Positions 50,715 through 61,460 of a DNA stretch of 64,000 bases are shown here, piece by piece. Position 1 is the stretch's first letter. Each line of letters starts with the position of its first letter. The DNA is from Wickerhamiella versatilis (taxonomy: Eukaryota). The notes under the pieces are model-generated. The model did no database searches. It had not been told where the DNA came from and saw nothing but the letters and a program-made list of their open reading frames with translations. The position numbers and the translations under genes were made by a program. The DNA is taken from positions 868,001 to 932,000 of the forward strand of contig JAQOWU010000003.1 of assembly GCA_030867685.1 (NCBI GenBank), written 5' to 3'.

Positions 50715-51848
50715 TTACAATTTAAGAGTTCCAATGGTGCCTACCAACCTGTCAAGATCATCCCGCTTGGTTACAGAGACACCCATGTGACCTATGCGGA
50801 AAGTTTTCTGGGCAATGGGAGGTAAAATTCCTCCGGCAACCACAAATCCTTTATCAAGGAATTGAGGTAAAACATTTTTCAAAGTCAAAGTGTCTGGGAC
50901 ATAAGCTGCGGTGAGGCCATGGGCTGCTATGTCGCGAGACTCTGGCACCAACTTGATTCCCTTCTTCTCCAAGCTGTCTTTAACTCGATCGCTTTGCTTC
51001 TCATGCTCTGCCCATCGCTCTTTGACAGCATCTGCGTCTGGTGCAATCTGCAAGAGTGTCGTTTTCAGGGCAATCACATTTTGTACAGGTGGAGTTGAGA
51101 AGTAGGCAGGATTTCCACTTTCATAAGCGCGCATAATAGGCAACCAGCGAAGAATATCTGCGTAAAACCCGTTGAAACGGATCGAACGGGACTTAACAGC
51201 CTCTAGAGCCCTCTGCGATGCCACTGAAATAGAAAGTCCAGCAGGCGCACCAATAGCCTTTTGGGACGCCGATAAGACAAAGTCAATACCCCAGGCATCG
51301 AAATAGAATGGTTCACAGCCAATGGAGCATACTCCATCGACAAAGACCAATGCCTCTGGACTAATATCTTTTATAAGTTTTGACAAGGCTTCAACATCAT
51401 TAATTACAGACGTTGACGTATCGACGTGAGTGAAAGCAACTGCCTTAAACTGATCAGATTTCAATGCCTTCTCTATATCTGAGGTTGGTACACGGGCACC
51501 AATAGGAGCTACAAGCTCTGTTACTTCGATACCATAAGCTCGGAAACATTCAGCCCACGAATGCGAGAAAAAACCAGTGTTAACAAGAAGTACTTTCTCT
51601 CCTGGCTGGACAAAGTTGGCACTCAAATCCCATCCCAGGGTTCCACCCCCCGCAATAGCAAAAGCTTGTGCTGCAGGATCTTGGGCAAAAAATAGAGTGC
51701 GCAGTTGCTTCAAAGCGGTTTCAAATATTGTTACAAAAGTAGGCGAGGTATGTGCCATACTTTTGGTAGACATGGCATTTAGAACATCATCATCGAATTC
51801 TATAGGACCGGGTATCATTGTCACCGGGCGATCATCGTGACCAGACAT
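50715..51848 (-). CDS. AGX1: Alanine:glyoxylate aminotransferase
   Basis: MIPGPIEF, GTLGWD, THVDTST, VDGVCS, ASQKAIGAPAGL, YFSTPPV, FRIGHMG. Confidence 0.93.
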   Translation of the reverse strand: MSGHDDRPVTMIPGPIEFDDDVLNAMSTKSMAHTSPTFVTIFETALKQLRTLFFAQDPAAQAFAIAGGGTLGWDLSANFVQPGEKVLLVNTGFFSHSWAECFRAYGIEVTELVAPIGARVPTSDIEKALKSDQFKAVAFTHVDTSTSVINDVEALSKLIKDISPEALVFVDGVCSIGCEPFYFDAWGIDFVLSASQKAIGAPAGLSISVASQRALEAVKSRSIRFNGFYADILRWLPIMRAYESGNPAYFSTPPVQNVIALKTTLLQIAPDADAVKERWAEHEKQSDRVKDSLEKKGIKLVPESRDIAAHGLTAAYVPDTLTLKNVLPQFLDKGFVVAGGILPPIAQKTFRIGHMGVSVTKRDDLDRLVGTIGTLKL

Positions 51849-52055
51849 AGTGATTATTACTAATTTTTCCAGTTCTGCTACATATGTGAGCTTTATATCA
51901 AGTTAGACTGTATAATCTAATATACTCTACTGACTTCAGTTCAGTCCCTAGAAGAAATCATTAGGCTTAGTTTCGCCGTTCAGAGTTAATTGTTCTTGTT
52001 CTCCCACCTTCGTTGTATTTGCAAAGCTTTCTCCTATCTCTAGAGCCAGGCTGAC

Positions 52056-53504
52056 ATGAGCGCTGTCGCTGCTCTTCGGCAAGATGGAAACGTCTCTGTA
52101 TGCTTAGGAGAGGCCACCCTTTGGGGTCTTGGTGAACCACTTGTGCTTGGAGGCCACTATAAGTTACGCGTACTTCGCGGTGGCGTGGAAGTTGGCGGCT
52201 GTCGTCTTGTTGCAGATATAGCACGTTCTTATCATATATCTTGCCCTGTACCACCGTTTTACCAGATAATTCCTGTACATACGCTTTCGAGTGAAAATTT
52301 TTGCACTGAATCAAAGTTGCAGGGCCATTTCACTGTGGTGCATATTGAAGAAGTGAAGGTGCTAAATATAGCGCAGCTGGCACCACCATTCAAATCTATG
52401 AACTCTCCACTCAATATCACAGATGGTCCTTTATGGCAGCTTCCAGCCAGCTGGAAGGATATCGGCTTCCGCTTGTCCCACATGAGACATGCGAGCGTTA
52501 TAGTTCTCGGACCAAAGAATAGCGGTAAGTCTAGTCTATCCCGTTATCTTGTTGGACAGCTTCCTGGTAAAGTACACTATCTTGATCTAGATCCTGGACA
52601 ATGCGAATATTGTGCACCAGGTACACTATCGTTGCTCGAGCTGGAGGGTCCTTTACTCGCCTTGCCCTGGACCCATTCTCATTTCGACCACGTATTGAAA
52701 GCTCATTCTCTTGGATACCCTTCTCCAATAGAGACCCCACAAGCATTTTTAGCAATGTGTCGTGATTTGTTCGATTTTTGGTCTTCACTTACCGATCAGT
52801 TACCTCTGGTAGTAAATACACCAGGTTGGACAAAAGGGCTTGGACTGGAGCTCAATGCCGTGCTTCTAAAAATGATTGATGCTTCCTTAGTAGTCCACAT
52901 GGGGGAGGATGATGCAGTAAATGAGTTACCATGTCCAGTGGAGATAGTCCAACCCACAGAGAGCCTTATAAAGTTTTCAGGAAGTGAGCTGAGAACTCTG
53001 CAGACGCTTTCATACTTTCACCGGTATGATTCCCGACACCTCACTCTTCAGTCTCCGTACGATCTGGAATGGGGAAGGCATATTCAAGCCGTGGCTATAT
53101 GCAATGGAGTCGCACTTGACCCCAGTGACATCATAATGGCACTAGAGGGTACAATTGTATCTATAGTAGCGATAGATCCCAAAAAAAAGCAAGAAATGGA
53201 TCTTATTCCCGGGACTGAGGTTCCATGCTTGGCACCTTACGTTGCCGATAATATTTATACATTGGGGAGCTGCGTGGGATATGCAGTAATACAAAAAATG
53301 TCTCCAAAGGGAGTTCGTCTACTGACGCCATTTAATCCAACGTCGCTTGGAGACCTTTCGGTAGTCCTTTGCCGAGGACGTTTGGCAATGCCCTTGTGGC
53401 TTTTATGGGACCAGAAATCTTTAGAGTGTCCATGGTTGACTCAGAAAATGTCTGGTGTTGGTAGTGTTTATACAAAGTTTCGCCGAAACATTCAGCGTAA
53501 CTAG
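52056..53504 (+). CDS. GRC3: Polynucleotide 5'-kinase Grc3/Nol9
   Basis: P-loop GPKNSGKS, LDLDPGQ, VVNTPGWTKGLG, LRTLQTLSYFH, terminal RRN. Confidence 0.92.
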   Translation: MSAVAALRQDGNVSVCLGEATLWGLGEPLVLGGHYKLRVLRGGVEVGGCRLVADIARSYHISCPVPPFYQIIPVHTLSSENFCTESKLQGHFTVVHIEEVKVLNIAQLAPPFKSMNSPLNITDGPLWQLPASWKDIGFRLSHMRHASVIVLGPKNSGKSSLSRYLVGQLPGKVHYLDLDPGQCEYCAPGTLSLLELEGPLLALPWTHSHFDHVLKAHSLGYPSPIETPQAFLAMCRDLFDFWSSLTDQLPLVVNTPGWTKGLGLELNAVLLKMIDASLVVHMGEDDAVNELPCPVEIVQPTESLIKFSGSELRTLQTLSYFHRYDSRHLTLQSPYDLEWGRHIQAVAICNGVALDPSDIIMALEGTIVSIVAIDPKKKQEMDLIPGTEVPCLAPYVADNIYTLGSCVGYAVIQKMSPKGVRLLTPFNPTSLGDLSVVLCRGRLAMPLWLLWDQKSLECPWLTQKMSGVGSVYTKFRRNIQRN

Positions 53505-53749
53505 TTATGAGTGGACTGTTTCTTGCCCGCCTAAATTTCTGAGCTGAATAGGATACAGTAATAATTTTGAGATTCCGGACTGAATCTTTGCATGTAAATA
53601 TAAAATCTATTCACACAGAAACTAAACAGTCATTATTACCATTATATCAGCAGTTCCGTTCCATTAGAATCTAAGCAGTTAATTGTACATTACGTTCATT
53701 ATTAACAAGATAAAGAGAGCGGTAGAAAGCTCAATTAGTGTCATATAAA

Positions 53750-55825
53750 TCATGAGGCAAGTCGTTCACGCATAGCATAATACCTCTGCCTTTCGGTGTC
53801 TGAAACCGACGGCCGCACCTTGCCAAAAGCTCTCTCAAAATGTAATGGCATCACACGAATTTCAGAGGCATCTCCTTTTAATACATCACGTAGGGCGAGT
53901 ACGGATGCTTCGCGTACAAGGGCAGCAAGATCAGCACCAGAAAAGTTGCGGCAACGCTCGTCCCGGGCAACTGCAGATAGGTCCACTCCATAAAGCGGAG
54001 TACTTTTTGCCACTGTATAAAGAATCTCTGATCTCTCAGATGAATTTGGGAGCTCAACAAACAATTGCTTGTCCAATCTACCTGGTCTTAGCATCGCAGC
54101 ATCGATAATGTCCGGGCGGTTAGTGGCAGCTACAACAAACACACCCTGGCGATCACCTACACCATCAAGCTCCGTTAATAAAGTATTAACCACCCTTGAG
54201 GAGGCTTCAGAGTTGGCATCATCACGACGAGGGACTAAAGCATCCAGCTCATCAAAAAAAATGACGCACGGTACGGAAGCACGAGCGCGTACAAAGACCT
54301 GGCGGACTGCACGTTCGGATTCACCGACATATTTGTTCAATAATTCAGGCCCACGAACTGAAATAAAATTTGCGCGAGATTCATTCGCTACAGCCTTCGC
54401 TAGTAGAGTCTTACCACATCCAGGAGGACCCCATAAAAGTACACCAGAAGGCGCTCCTATTCCTGCTGCTTGATAAATTTCCGGTCTACGAATAGGCTCC
54501 ACGATTGCATATTCAAGCTCTTCTCTAATTGGTTTCATTGCACCAACATTATCCCATGTAACATCAGGTACAGTCGCGAACCCTTCACGCCTGCTAGAAG
54601 GTTGAACATTCGGTATCGCATTGAGAAAATCTTGTTCCTGAATAGATAGAGGTTCAAGCTGTTCAGGGGTAAGCCTCTCTTGATGCTGAGCGAGGAACTG
54701 CGCAATAAGAGAACCCGGCGCTTCTTTTTGGACCACATTCATTTCTCCGAAAATACGTTTGATGGCACCCACCCCGGCGGCGGCTACAAGAGCATTTATA
54801 TCAGCACCAACAAAACCAGCAGTACGTTTCGCAATTTCTTTGAAATTCATAGAGCCCTCTAATCTCAAACGACGAGACATTGTCGCTAATATGCGTTCAC
54901 GTGCGTCCTGGTCGGGTACGCTCATACAAATCTCATGATCGAATCGTCCACCACGTCTCAAAGCGGGATCGAGTGAGTCTGGTCGGTTAGTTGCGCCAAT
55001 GACCATTACAGGCTTACCATCTGTCCGTTCAAGAGAAACATCGTCCATGCAAGTGAGCAGTTGAGCCACAATTCGACGTTCCATTTCCCGCTGAACCGTT
55101 TCCCGCTTAGGCGTGATTGCATCAATTTCATCAATGAATACAAGACAAGGTGCCAATTCTTTTGCCTCAGCAAAAATATCTCGAAGTTTTTTTTCACTTT
55201 CACCGCTCATACCGCTCACTACCGAGGGAGCTGAAATAGAAATAAATGCAACTCCAAGCTCATTCGCTACAGCATTCGCAAGCATTGTTTTACCACATCC
55301 AGGTGGCCCATGAAGGAGAACGCCTCGGGGAATGTCAGACCCCAGTTGCTGGTAAATTTCTGGATGAGAAAGAGGCATGGCAATTAACTCAAGCAGCTGC
55401 TGAATGATACCATCGATACCACCAATGTCATCTAGCGTCACGGTAGACATGGGGCGGCGCTCAGTGCGCCGCTTTTTTCGTTTGGGTTTTTCCTTTTCTT
55501 TTTCCTTTTCCTTTTCCTTCCCCGTAGTCTCATCTTGTGATTGAGGCTCCGCACTAGGGGTCTTCCACATTCCAACTACACTTTGGTTCATAGAATTAGA
55601 TTCTTCCTCAGGGACAACCATCATTGGCTCTTCATCACGTTGCAGTTTGGCAGAAACTTTTAATACAATGTCCGACAACACTCGCCGTTTTTGTCTGCGC
55701 AGACGAGCATCACGAGCCTGACACATATCTACCAAATCCTCCAAGTCTGCCCCAGCTGGAAAATCGCCCTCCTGTTCCACCAGATCATTCAGGATTCGCT
55801 GAACCGATCTTTCAGCGAGTGACAT
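53750..55825 (-). CDS. RIX7: AAA-ATPase Rix7/NVL (60S biogenesis)
   Basis: Two AAA modules GPPGCGKT; SVVSGMSGESEKK; QREMERRIVAQ; ELLNKYVGESE. Confidence 0.96.
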   Translation of the reverse strand: MSLAERSVQRILNDLVEQEGDFPAGADLEDLVDMCQARDARLRRQKRRVLSDIVLKVSAKLQRDEEPMMVVPEEESNSMNQSVVGMWKTPSAEPQSQDETTGKEKEKEKEKEKPKRKKRRTERRPMSTVTLDDIGGIDGIIQQLLELIAMPLSHPEIYQQLGSDIPRGVLLHGPPGCGKTMLANAVANELGVAFISISAPSVVSGMSGESEKKLRDIFAEAKELAPCLVFIDEIDAITPKRETVQREMERRIVAQLLTCMDDVSLERTDGKPVMVIGATNRPDSLDPALRRGGRFDHEICMSVPDQDARERILATMSRRLRLEGSMNFKEIAKRTAGFVGADINALVAAAGVGAIKRIFGEMNVVQKEAPGSLIAQFLAQHQERLTPEQLEPLSIQEQDFLNAIPNVQPSSRREGFATVPDVTWDNVGAMKPIREELEYAIVEPIRRPEIYQAAGIGAPSGVLLWGPPGCGKTLLAKAVANESRANFISVRGPELLNKYVGESERAVRQVFVRARASVPCVIFFDELDALVPRRDDANSEASSRVVNTLLTELDGVGDRQGVFVVAATNRPDIIDAAMLRPGRLDKQLFVELPNSSERSEILYTVAKSTPLYGVDLSAVARDERCRNFSGADLAALVREASVLALRDVLKGDASEIRVMPLHFERAFGKVRPSVSDTERQRYYAMRERLAS

Positions 55826-56156
55826 GCTTACAGAGATTTTTTTGTGTACCTGGATATTAAGCCCTTCATATGTTTATTCTGGCGTCGCGTGACCCGAGAT
55901 CAAGGTATATGTTTCCTTTTATTCCAACATCAATATATCTATCTGTAGCTGTATATATTTCACTAATATTCGCCAAGCATGTCAACCATATGTATACACA
56001 TATGGCTTCGTATCAGCCCAGTGGTAAAACACACTATAATATATCCAGCTAATTTCCAGTAAAAAACAGACGGAATCCAGAGTATCAATCGACTATACTG
56101 TGATCCTCACAGGGTGAAACAAACTACCGGCTACGGTTGACATAATCAAGGCGTGT

Positions 56157-57317
56157 ATGTTGACGACTCTGGCATTTATAGTGGGGAGCTTGGCTGTGAC
56201 TCCACTAAAACTAGAATCTCCTTGGGGAAGTGCCGATGGATGGAGCTTCCAAGGAGATGTTAAGAAGGAGACAAGTCACGTCACACTTGCAGGTCCAAAG
56301 GCGGGCGAGCAAGGTAGCATTTGGACCTCTGAGAAAGTACCATTTGATGAGTGGACACTTGAGGCAACGATAAAAACCCTTGCTGATAAGAATGCACAAC
56401 CTGGTCGTTCAGGCTTGGCCCTTTGGTATACCAACTCGCAATTGCCCTTAGGCTCTGTTCATGGAGGGACTGACCTGTGGGATGGATTGTCTTTGATGCT
56501 GGACTCTTTGGGTACCTCAGCTGAACTCCGTGGGCATCTAAATGATGGGACCTTCAGGGCTGAAGCGTCTTCGAATCTGGAAGATGATGCTTTAAGCCTC
56601 TGCCGGCTGCCTTACCGTGATACAATATCACCTATAACTATACGCATCGGCTATGGCCTAGGCGGCTTTGCGGTGGACGTTAACTCACAGAAGTGTTTTG
56701 TGAGTACTGAAATCTCTTTACCACGAGGATTTTTCGGGATATCTGCGGATTCTGCTGCTTCGAGTGATCAGTTTATAGTCGAGCGCCTTGAAATCACTAA
56801 CGGAATTTCTAGCGACCTTTCCAAATTATTCTTGGATAAGATCAAAAAGCCCTCATCTCAATCACCTGAAACCCAAGGGAATCCACAGGCGGGCTCACAG
56901 GCTGGGGGTGATAAGACTGTGACTGAGATTCATAAGATGGATTCAGATGAGGTCACCAAACCAGTACTTGCAGCTGTCAATGCTTTGAAATCTGATTTAC
57001 AAAAAGATACTGTCGATCTTGTCTCGCGTGTTGATTCGCTACAAAGACAAGTTGTAGCGCTGGAGAATATGGTATCGCAGCTAGGTCAGAGTCTAGGTGA
57101 GAAAATGGGCGATCAAACGCTGGTTGCAGAGATTGCGAAGTTGAGGTCCCACATATCCCAGCAAACAGAGTCGATTCCTAGCCACATATCCGAGCACAGT
57201 GAGAAACTGCCTTCGCTGTGGCAGATTGTTGTCATTGTAGTTATTGCACAGTCGGTCGTATTTTGGGCGTACAACGTATATAACCAGCGAAAAAACAGGC
57301 ATCAAAAATTAATCTAG
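56157..57317 (+). CDS. EMP47: L-type lectin ER-Golgi cargo receptor (Emp47/ERGIC-53-like)
   Basis: Signal peptide, GLALWY, WDGL, LRGHLNDG, FFGISA, coiled coil, TM segment, tail HQKLI. Confidence 0.85.
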   Translation: MLTTLAFIVGSLAVTPLKLESPWGSADGWSFQGDVKKETSHVTLAGPKAGEQGSIWTSEKVPFDEWTLEATIKTLADKNAQPGRSGLALWYTNSQLPLGSVHGGTDLWDGLSLMLDSLGTSAELRGHLNDGTFRAEASSNLEDDALSLCRLPYRDTISPITIRIGYGLGGFAVDVNSQKCFVSTEISLPRGFFGISADSAASSDQFIVERLEITNGISSDLSKLFLDKIKKPSSQSPETQGNPQAGSQAGGDKTVTEIHKMDSDEVTKPVLAAVNALKSDLQKDTVDLVSRVDSLQRQVVALENMVSQLGQSLGEKMGDQTLVAEIAKLRSHISQQTESIPSHISEHSEKLPSLWQIVVIVVIAQSVVFWAYNVYNQRKNRHQKLI

Positions 57318-57358
57318 ATTTAAATTCATAAAGTTCTTATCTGTTATCATAAAGAGGG

Positions 57359-58129
57359 TCATTCATTGACATGGACATTTGGTGGTAGTGCATTTTTTGG
57401 AGGCGTGTGGCCATAACGAGAGTATCTGCGAGTCATTACGCGCCTCTTTTCGGCTTGTTCAGCTAGCAAAGCCTTTGATGGAACTCTCTGTCTGCATTGT
57501 TTATCGTTTGGTGATGATGATGTTCTGATGCTGTCGCTTTCAATGTAGCCGGCAGCTTTCCTTATAGGAGCAGAATGTATTGTGGAGGGTGCTTCATCCT
57601 CATCGTCTGAGTTGACTACTCGCAACTTCGTATGTTCAGAGTAACCATCTAAAGCAAATTGCAGACTTTCAGGGGTCGAAGGCTCTGAGGATGATTCCTT
57701 TGGAGATAGCGTGAAGCCACTCGAATCAGACGCTGATTTGGAACTGGATATTGACTTACGCCTTCCATAACAGCTTTTACGAGTATATATCTCCGTAGTC
57801 ATGGTCTCAACCCCACTCTGTGGTGAAGGAGGTGTATAATTAGGTCTTGGTCTTACCTTTGGGTTGAAAACATTATGGGGGGGAACTGGCGGAGGCACGC
57901 CAGCATCCACTTCAGCATAACATGATCTTCTATCATGGGTTCTCCTCACCACCTTCGGCTTTTCTACCACGGAAGCTGTGAAAATCTTATCATTAGAGTT
58001 TGTACTTGGTGCAAGACTGTCAAGCGTATCATTATCGTTATCATCAGAGTCTGAGAGCATCATCATGTTTGTATTAAGTACGTGCGCATGCCCGACAACT
58101 ATTTTCGGCTTTGACGCCGCAGTCCCCAT
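57359..58129 (-). CDS. Hypothetical disordered protein, predicted N-myristoylated
   Basis: 256-aa ORF starting MGTAASK; PPPVPPH motif; Ser-rich. Confidence 0.7.
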   Translation of the reverse strand: MGTAASKPKIVVGHAHVLNTNMMMLSDSDDNDNDTLDSLAPSTNSNDKIFTASVVEKPKVVRRTHDRRSCYAEVDAGVPPPVPPHNVFNPKVRPRPNYTPPSPQSGVETMTTEIYTRKSCYGRRKSISSSKSASDSSGFTLSPKESSSEPSTPESLQFALDGYSEHTKLRVVNSDDEDEAPSTIHSAPIRKAAGYIESDSIRTSSSPNDKQCRQRVPSKALLAEQAEKRRVMTRRYSRYGHTPPKNALPPNVHVNE

Positions 58130-59054
58130 GCTTTGGATAATAGAATCACTGCAAAACCTTTTTTAAGCAGACACTTGACGTCTCTCAATGTAAGTGGCTG
58201 GGCGTAGGTTAGGGTACCATGTATGTAAATTAGTTTCTAGGGGACTGAGTACCAGTCGATTACACGCTAAATAATACCCCCCATATAATATTATTGATAC
58301 TTCAGAGAATATAAGTCGTATTCACAGAAGGCATTGGATGACACAGTTCGCGATGCAATGTGCCGCAGGCTTAAGATTTCATCCCAACAAAGTCATCTGG
58401 CTGCCGCCATCCGAAATGAAATAAGCTTTATCACGCTAATATGGAAAATTTAGATCTGAAGGAAGGATGCTTTCGCTATTTAGGAGATTCTCTATAGAAA
58501 CTTTATAATCTTAACTTACTGTCGAACTCGACACTCATATTAGAATTACCAAGTAAAAGCGTGCATGGCACATAAAGAGGAAAGTGTGCTCAGAACATGC
58601 TCAATTAGTGTGTAGTTTAGCTTGAGCAGTTGAGTCTTTAACCATAGCGGCCGGTGGCAATCTAGAGTTCAATACAGGCGTTGGATAGGAAAAAGCAAAT
58701 ATAAAATTTCATGTACAGTCACAGCTCTTATAAATTCGAGTATTTATCACCACATTCATTGACTACAGATATCTATTAGTGGTTATAGGGCTAGGATGTC
58801 CCACCAGGGTAACTCTTGCTTAATCTGAAGGCTAAAAGAGCTGATGATAAAAATTTCTCTTCTGGGAGATATTGGGAATTTTGAACTTGAGCTTAAACTT
58901 GTTACTATAAATGGTCGCTTCTATTCTGCCGTTGAAGCGAAACATTACTCGCATAACCTGATTTCGCGCTTATATAATGAATTCGCGGCTGACTATATAT
59001 AATCCCACTCGACCCCTCGCAACCACATTACCCTAGTAGTCGGCTTTTGGGAGG

Positions 59055-59729
59055 ATGCCGGCTGATGGCCCGAATGCGAGCTCTGCAGCAATATTGATGA
59101 AGCAGTATCGTGAGCTCACAAACCCCAAGAAATCTATCCCTAGCTTTCACATCAGTCTTATCGATGACGACATATACCACTGGTCTGTTGGTGTGATGAT
59201 TTTGAGTGAAGACAGTCCTTATCATGGGGGCTATTTCAAAGCCCAGATGGATTTCCCTTTCGATTATCCCTATAGCCCTCCAAAATTCCGGTTCACGCCC
59301 GCAATATTCCATCCTAATGTCTATCGTGATGGAAACACTTGTATCTCTATTCTGCACCGGTCTGGCGACTCTGCAAGTGGGGAGCCGGATGGTGAGACTT
59401 GGAACCCCGTACAAACAGTCGAAAGTGTCCTTATATCCATCGTAAGTCTCCTGACTGACCCAAATATTAATAGCCCAGCTAACGTGGATGCTGCGGTCGC
59501 ATGGCGAAAAAACCGCGAAGCCTACAACCGGCAGGTCCGGGAAGATGTTATTGCATCCCAAAAGAATATACCACCCGGATTTGAGATTCCATCTGCGGCA
59601 CAGGCTGCATATGTGGCAGGACAACAAGACGCTAAAGAGGAGCCAGAAGATGACGACGAATTCTGGTATGAATCAGAGTCCGAAGTTGATGATGGCGAGG
59701 ATTATGCATCTGATGAGAGTCAGGAATAA
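59055..59729 (+). CDS. CDC34: Ubiquitin-conjugating enzyme Cdc34
   Basis: QYRELTNPKKSIPSFHI, HPNVYRDG.CISILH with acidic loop insertion, WNPVQTVESVLISI, acidic tail. Confidence 0.96.
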   Translation: MPADGPNASSAAILMKQYRELTNPKKSIPSFHISLIDDDIYHWSVGVMILSEDSPYHGGYFKAQMDFPFDYPYSPPKFRFTPAIFHPNVYRDGNTCISILHRSGDSASGEPDGETWNPVQTVESVLISIVSLLTDPNINSPANVDAAVAWRKNREAYNRQVREDVIASQKNIPPGFEIPSAAQAAYVAGQQDAKEEPEDDDEFWYESESEVDDGEDYASDESQE

Positions 59730-59829
59730 TTAGCTAGCACCTTAATTTATTTGTCTCTCCATTCTCATGTTATTATTTGCTTACATAACATATTCTTGAC
59801 ATTCGGATAGACACGGCTTGGTCGTGGCC

Positions 59830-60768
59830 ATGTCATGGGACAGTAAACGGCGAAAGTATTCATCCGGATCGCCAGAATACATCGATATTCCAAAGCGCAC
59901 ATTAAATACTGGAGCAGAGATACCGGCCATAGGATATGGAATTGGCGGCCAAGGTCAAGCAACAGAAGAAGAAATGTATAACTGTATACGGGTTGCCCTG
60001 GATTGTGGCTATAGAATGTTTGATTCGAGCTTGATGTATGATAGTGAGGTCATACTGGGAAAAGCTATTGCGGATTCCGGTATCGACAGGAGCGAAATCT
60101 TTTTACAGTCTAAGTTCCCGCCCACATATTCCAGGAACCCCGAAAAGTCTTTGGATATGACTCTCAAAAACTTGGGGACAGATTACTTGGACGCTTTCCT
60201 TGCCCATTGGCCAATTCCCTTGAAACCAGTGGATGACCCATACGAACTCGGCAGTGAGTGGGATTCCACATACAGTTTCTCTCAGACTTACAACTTAATG
60301 CAACAGATACCAAAAGAGAAAGCTCGTGCTATAGGTGTCTGCAGCTTCACAAAGAGTAGACTACGGCTCCTCTTATCTTCTCCGAGTACCAAAATAATAC
60401 CGGCAATCTTACAAGTTGAAGGTCATCCAGAACTACCTCAGCCTGAACTGCTCGATTATGCGAGGGAATTGGGCATTGTTGTGCAATGCTTTAGTCCTCT
60501 TGCTAAAGGACAAGTCGCAAATTCCGTGATTCGGGGAGTCGCCAAGAAACATGGCGTAAATAGTGGGCAAGCAGCACTTTCTTGGGGAATAGCACGTGGA
60601 ACAGTGGTTATTCCTAAATCATTTACACCTGCAAGAATAAAGTCGAATATAGAGATTGTCAAGTTGGACCAGGAAGACCTAGAGACTATAGCAAAGCTAG
60701 GCAAGAATCCTCGTAGACTTGTCAATCCCAAGCTATGGTTCAAGCACGATATATTTTTAGAAGAATGA
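59830..60768 (+). CDS. Aldo/keto reductase
   Basis: LNTGAEIPAIGYG; catalytic D/Y (FDSSLMY), K (QSKF), H (AHWP); VIPKS. First ATG at 59830. Confidence 0.92.
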   Translation: MSWDSKRRKYSSGSPEYIDIPKRTLNTGAEIPAIGYGIGGQGQATEEEMYNCIRVALDCGYRMFDSSLMYDSEVILGKAIADSGIDRSEIFLQSKFPPTYSRNPEKSLDMTLKNLGTDYLDAFLAHWPIPLKPVDDPYELGSEWDSTYSFSQTYNLMQQIPKEKARAIGVCSFTKSRLRLLLSSPSTKIIPAILQVEGHPELPQPELLDYARELGIVVQCFSPLAKGQVANSVIRGVAKKHGVNSGQAALSWGIARGTVVIPKSFTPARIKSNIEIVKLDQEDLETIAKLGKNPRRLVNPKLWFKHDIFLEE

Positions 60769-60876
60769 GATAGATAATAATAATGCCTCAAAAAGTAATT
60801 TTTTTCGTGCGTAATATTGTCCATTCACGGAGGGCAACTTACTTCCTAAAAAGGTAAACCTTTTTTCTCAAACATC

Positions 60877-61431
60877 ATGCCGGAGCCGTGGCTCAAAACA
60901 CTTGATAATGTCCTGTGTATTCCTGAGATAGCCCTAGACTTTCGGCCGCAATCAGTTCACCCGTCCCGTAAGTCGTGGGTTCAAAGGATTGGTAGTTCTA
61001 CGCTGGACGACTTCGATTTCGATGAAGGGACCTCGAGGTACCCGTTAAGAGAACGTAATATGAATTATGGGAGTGAATTCACACCCAGCTCTTCTTCCAA
61101 GGACCCATTTGAGGCATTTGGGGCGCCAAGCGCATATAGTTCGCACGCAAATCCTCAATGGGGGAGTGCGGGCCGTGACAGCTTCAACTTCGATGAGGAA
61201 TGCGAGCAAGTTCCTACACTTCGTGATGTAGTTCTGCCAACGATGAGAGTTCAACGGTATTCTACTTTATCTCCTGATCTGCAATATCGTGACCGTGAAC
61301 CTAGTCCACCTATACCCGTAAAAGCAAAGCATTCAACTACGTCAAACTTCACAAGGCTTAAGGTGAAGGCACGGAGTGTTTGCCAGCTTCGAAATTCAAA
61401 GAGGATACCTGTAATCGCTGATTGGTTTTAA
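60877..61431 (+). CDS. Hypothetical protein
   Basis: 184-aa ATG-initiated ORF that fills the gap between neighbours; no recognised domain. Confidence 0.6.
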   Translation: MPEPWLKTLDNVLCIPEIALDFRPQSVHPSRKSWVQRIGSSTLDDFDFDEGTSRYPLRERNMNYGSEFTPSSSSKDPFEAFGAPSAYSSHANPQWGSAGRDSFNFDEECEQVPTLRDVVLPTMRVQRYSTLSPDLQYRDREPSPPIPVKAKHSTTSNFTRLKVKARSVCQLRNSKRIPVIADWF

Positions 61432-61460
61432 GTATTTTATTTTAAGTAAATTAGCCGAAA

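Noticed and set aside
58841-58961. TGATGA...CTGA pair resembling C/D boxes
   Set aside because: No recognisable rRNA-complementary guide; it lies in the CDC34 promoter.
59028-59627. 199-aa antisense ORF over CDC34, and similar antisense ORFs over SHM2, RNA1 and RAD27
   Set aside because: Antisense shadows of conserved genes, with no motifs.
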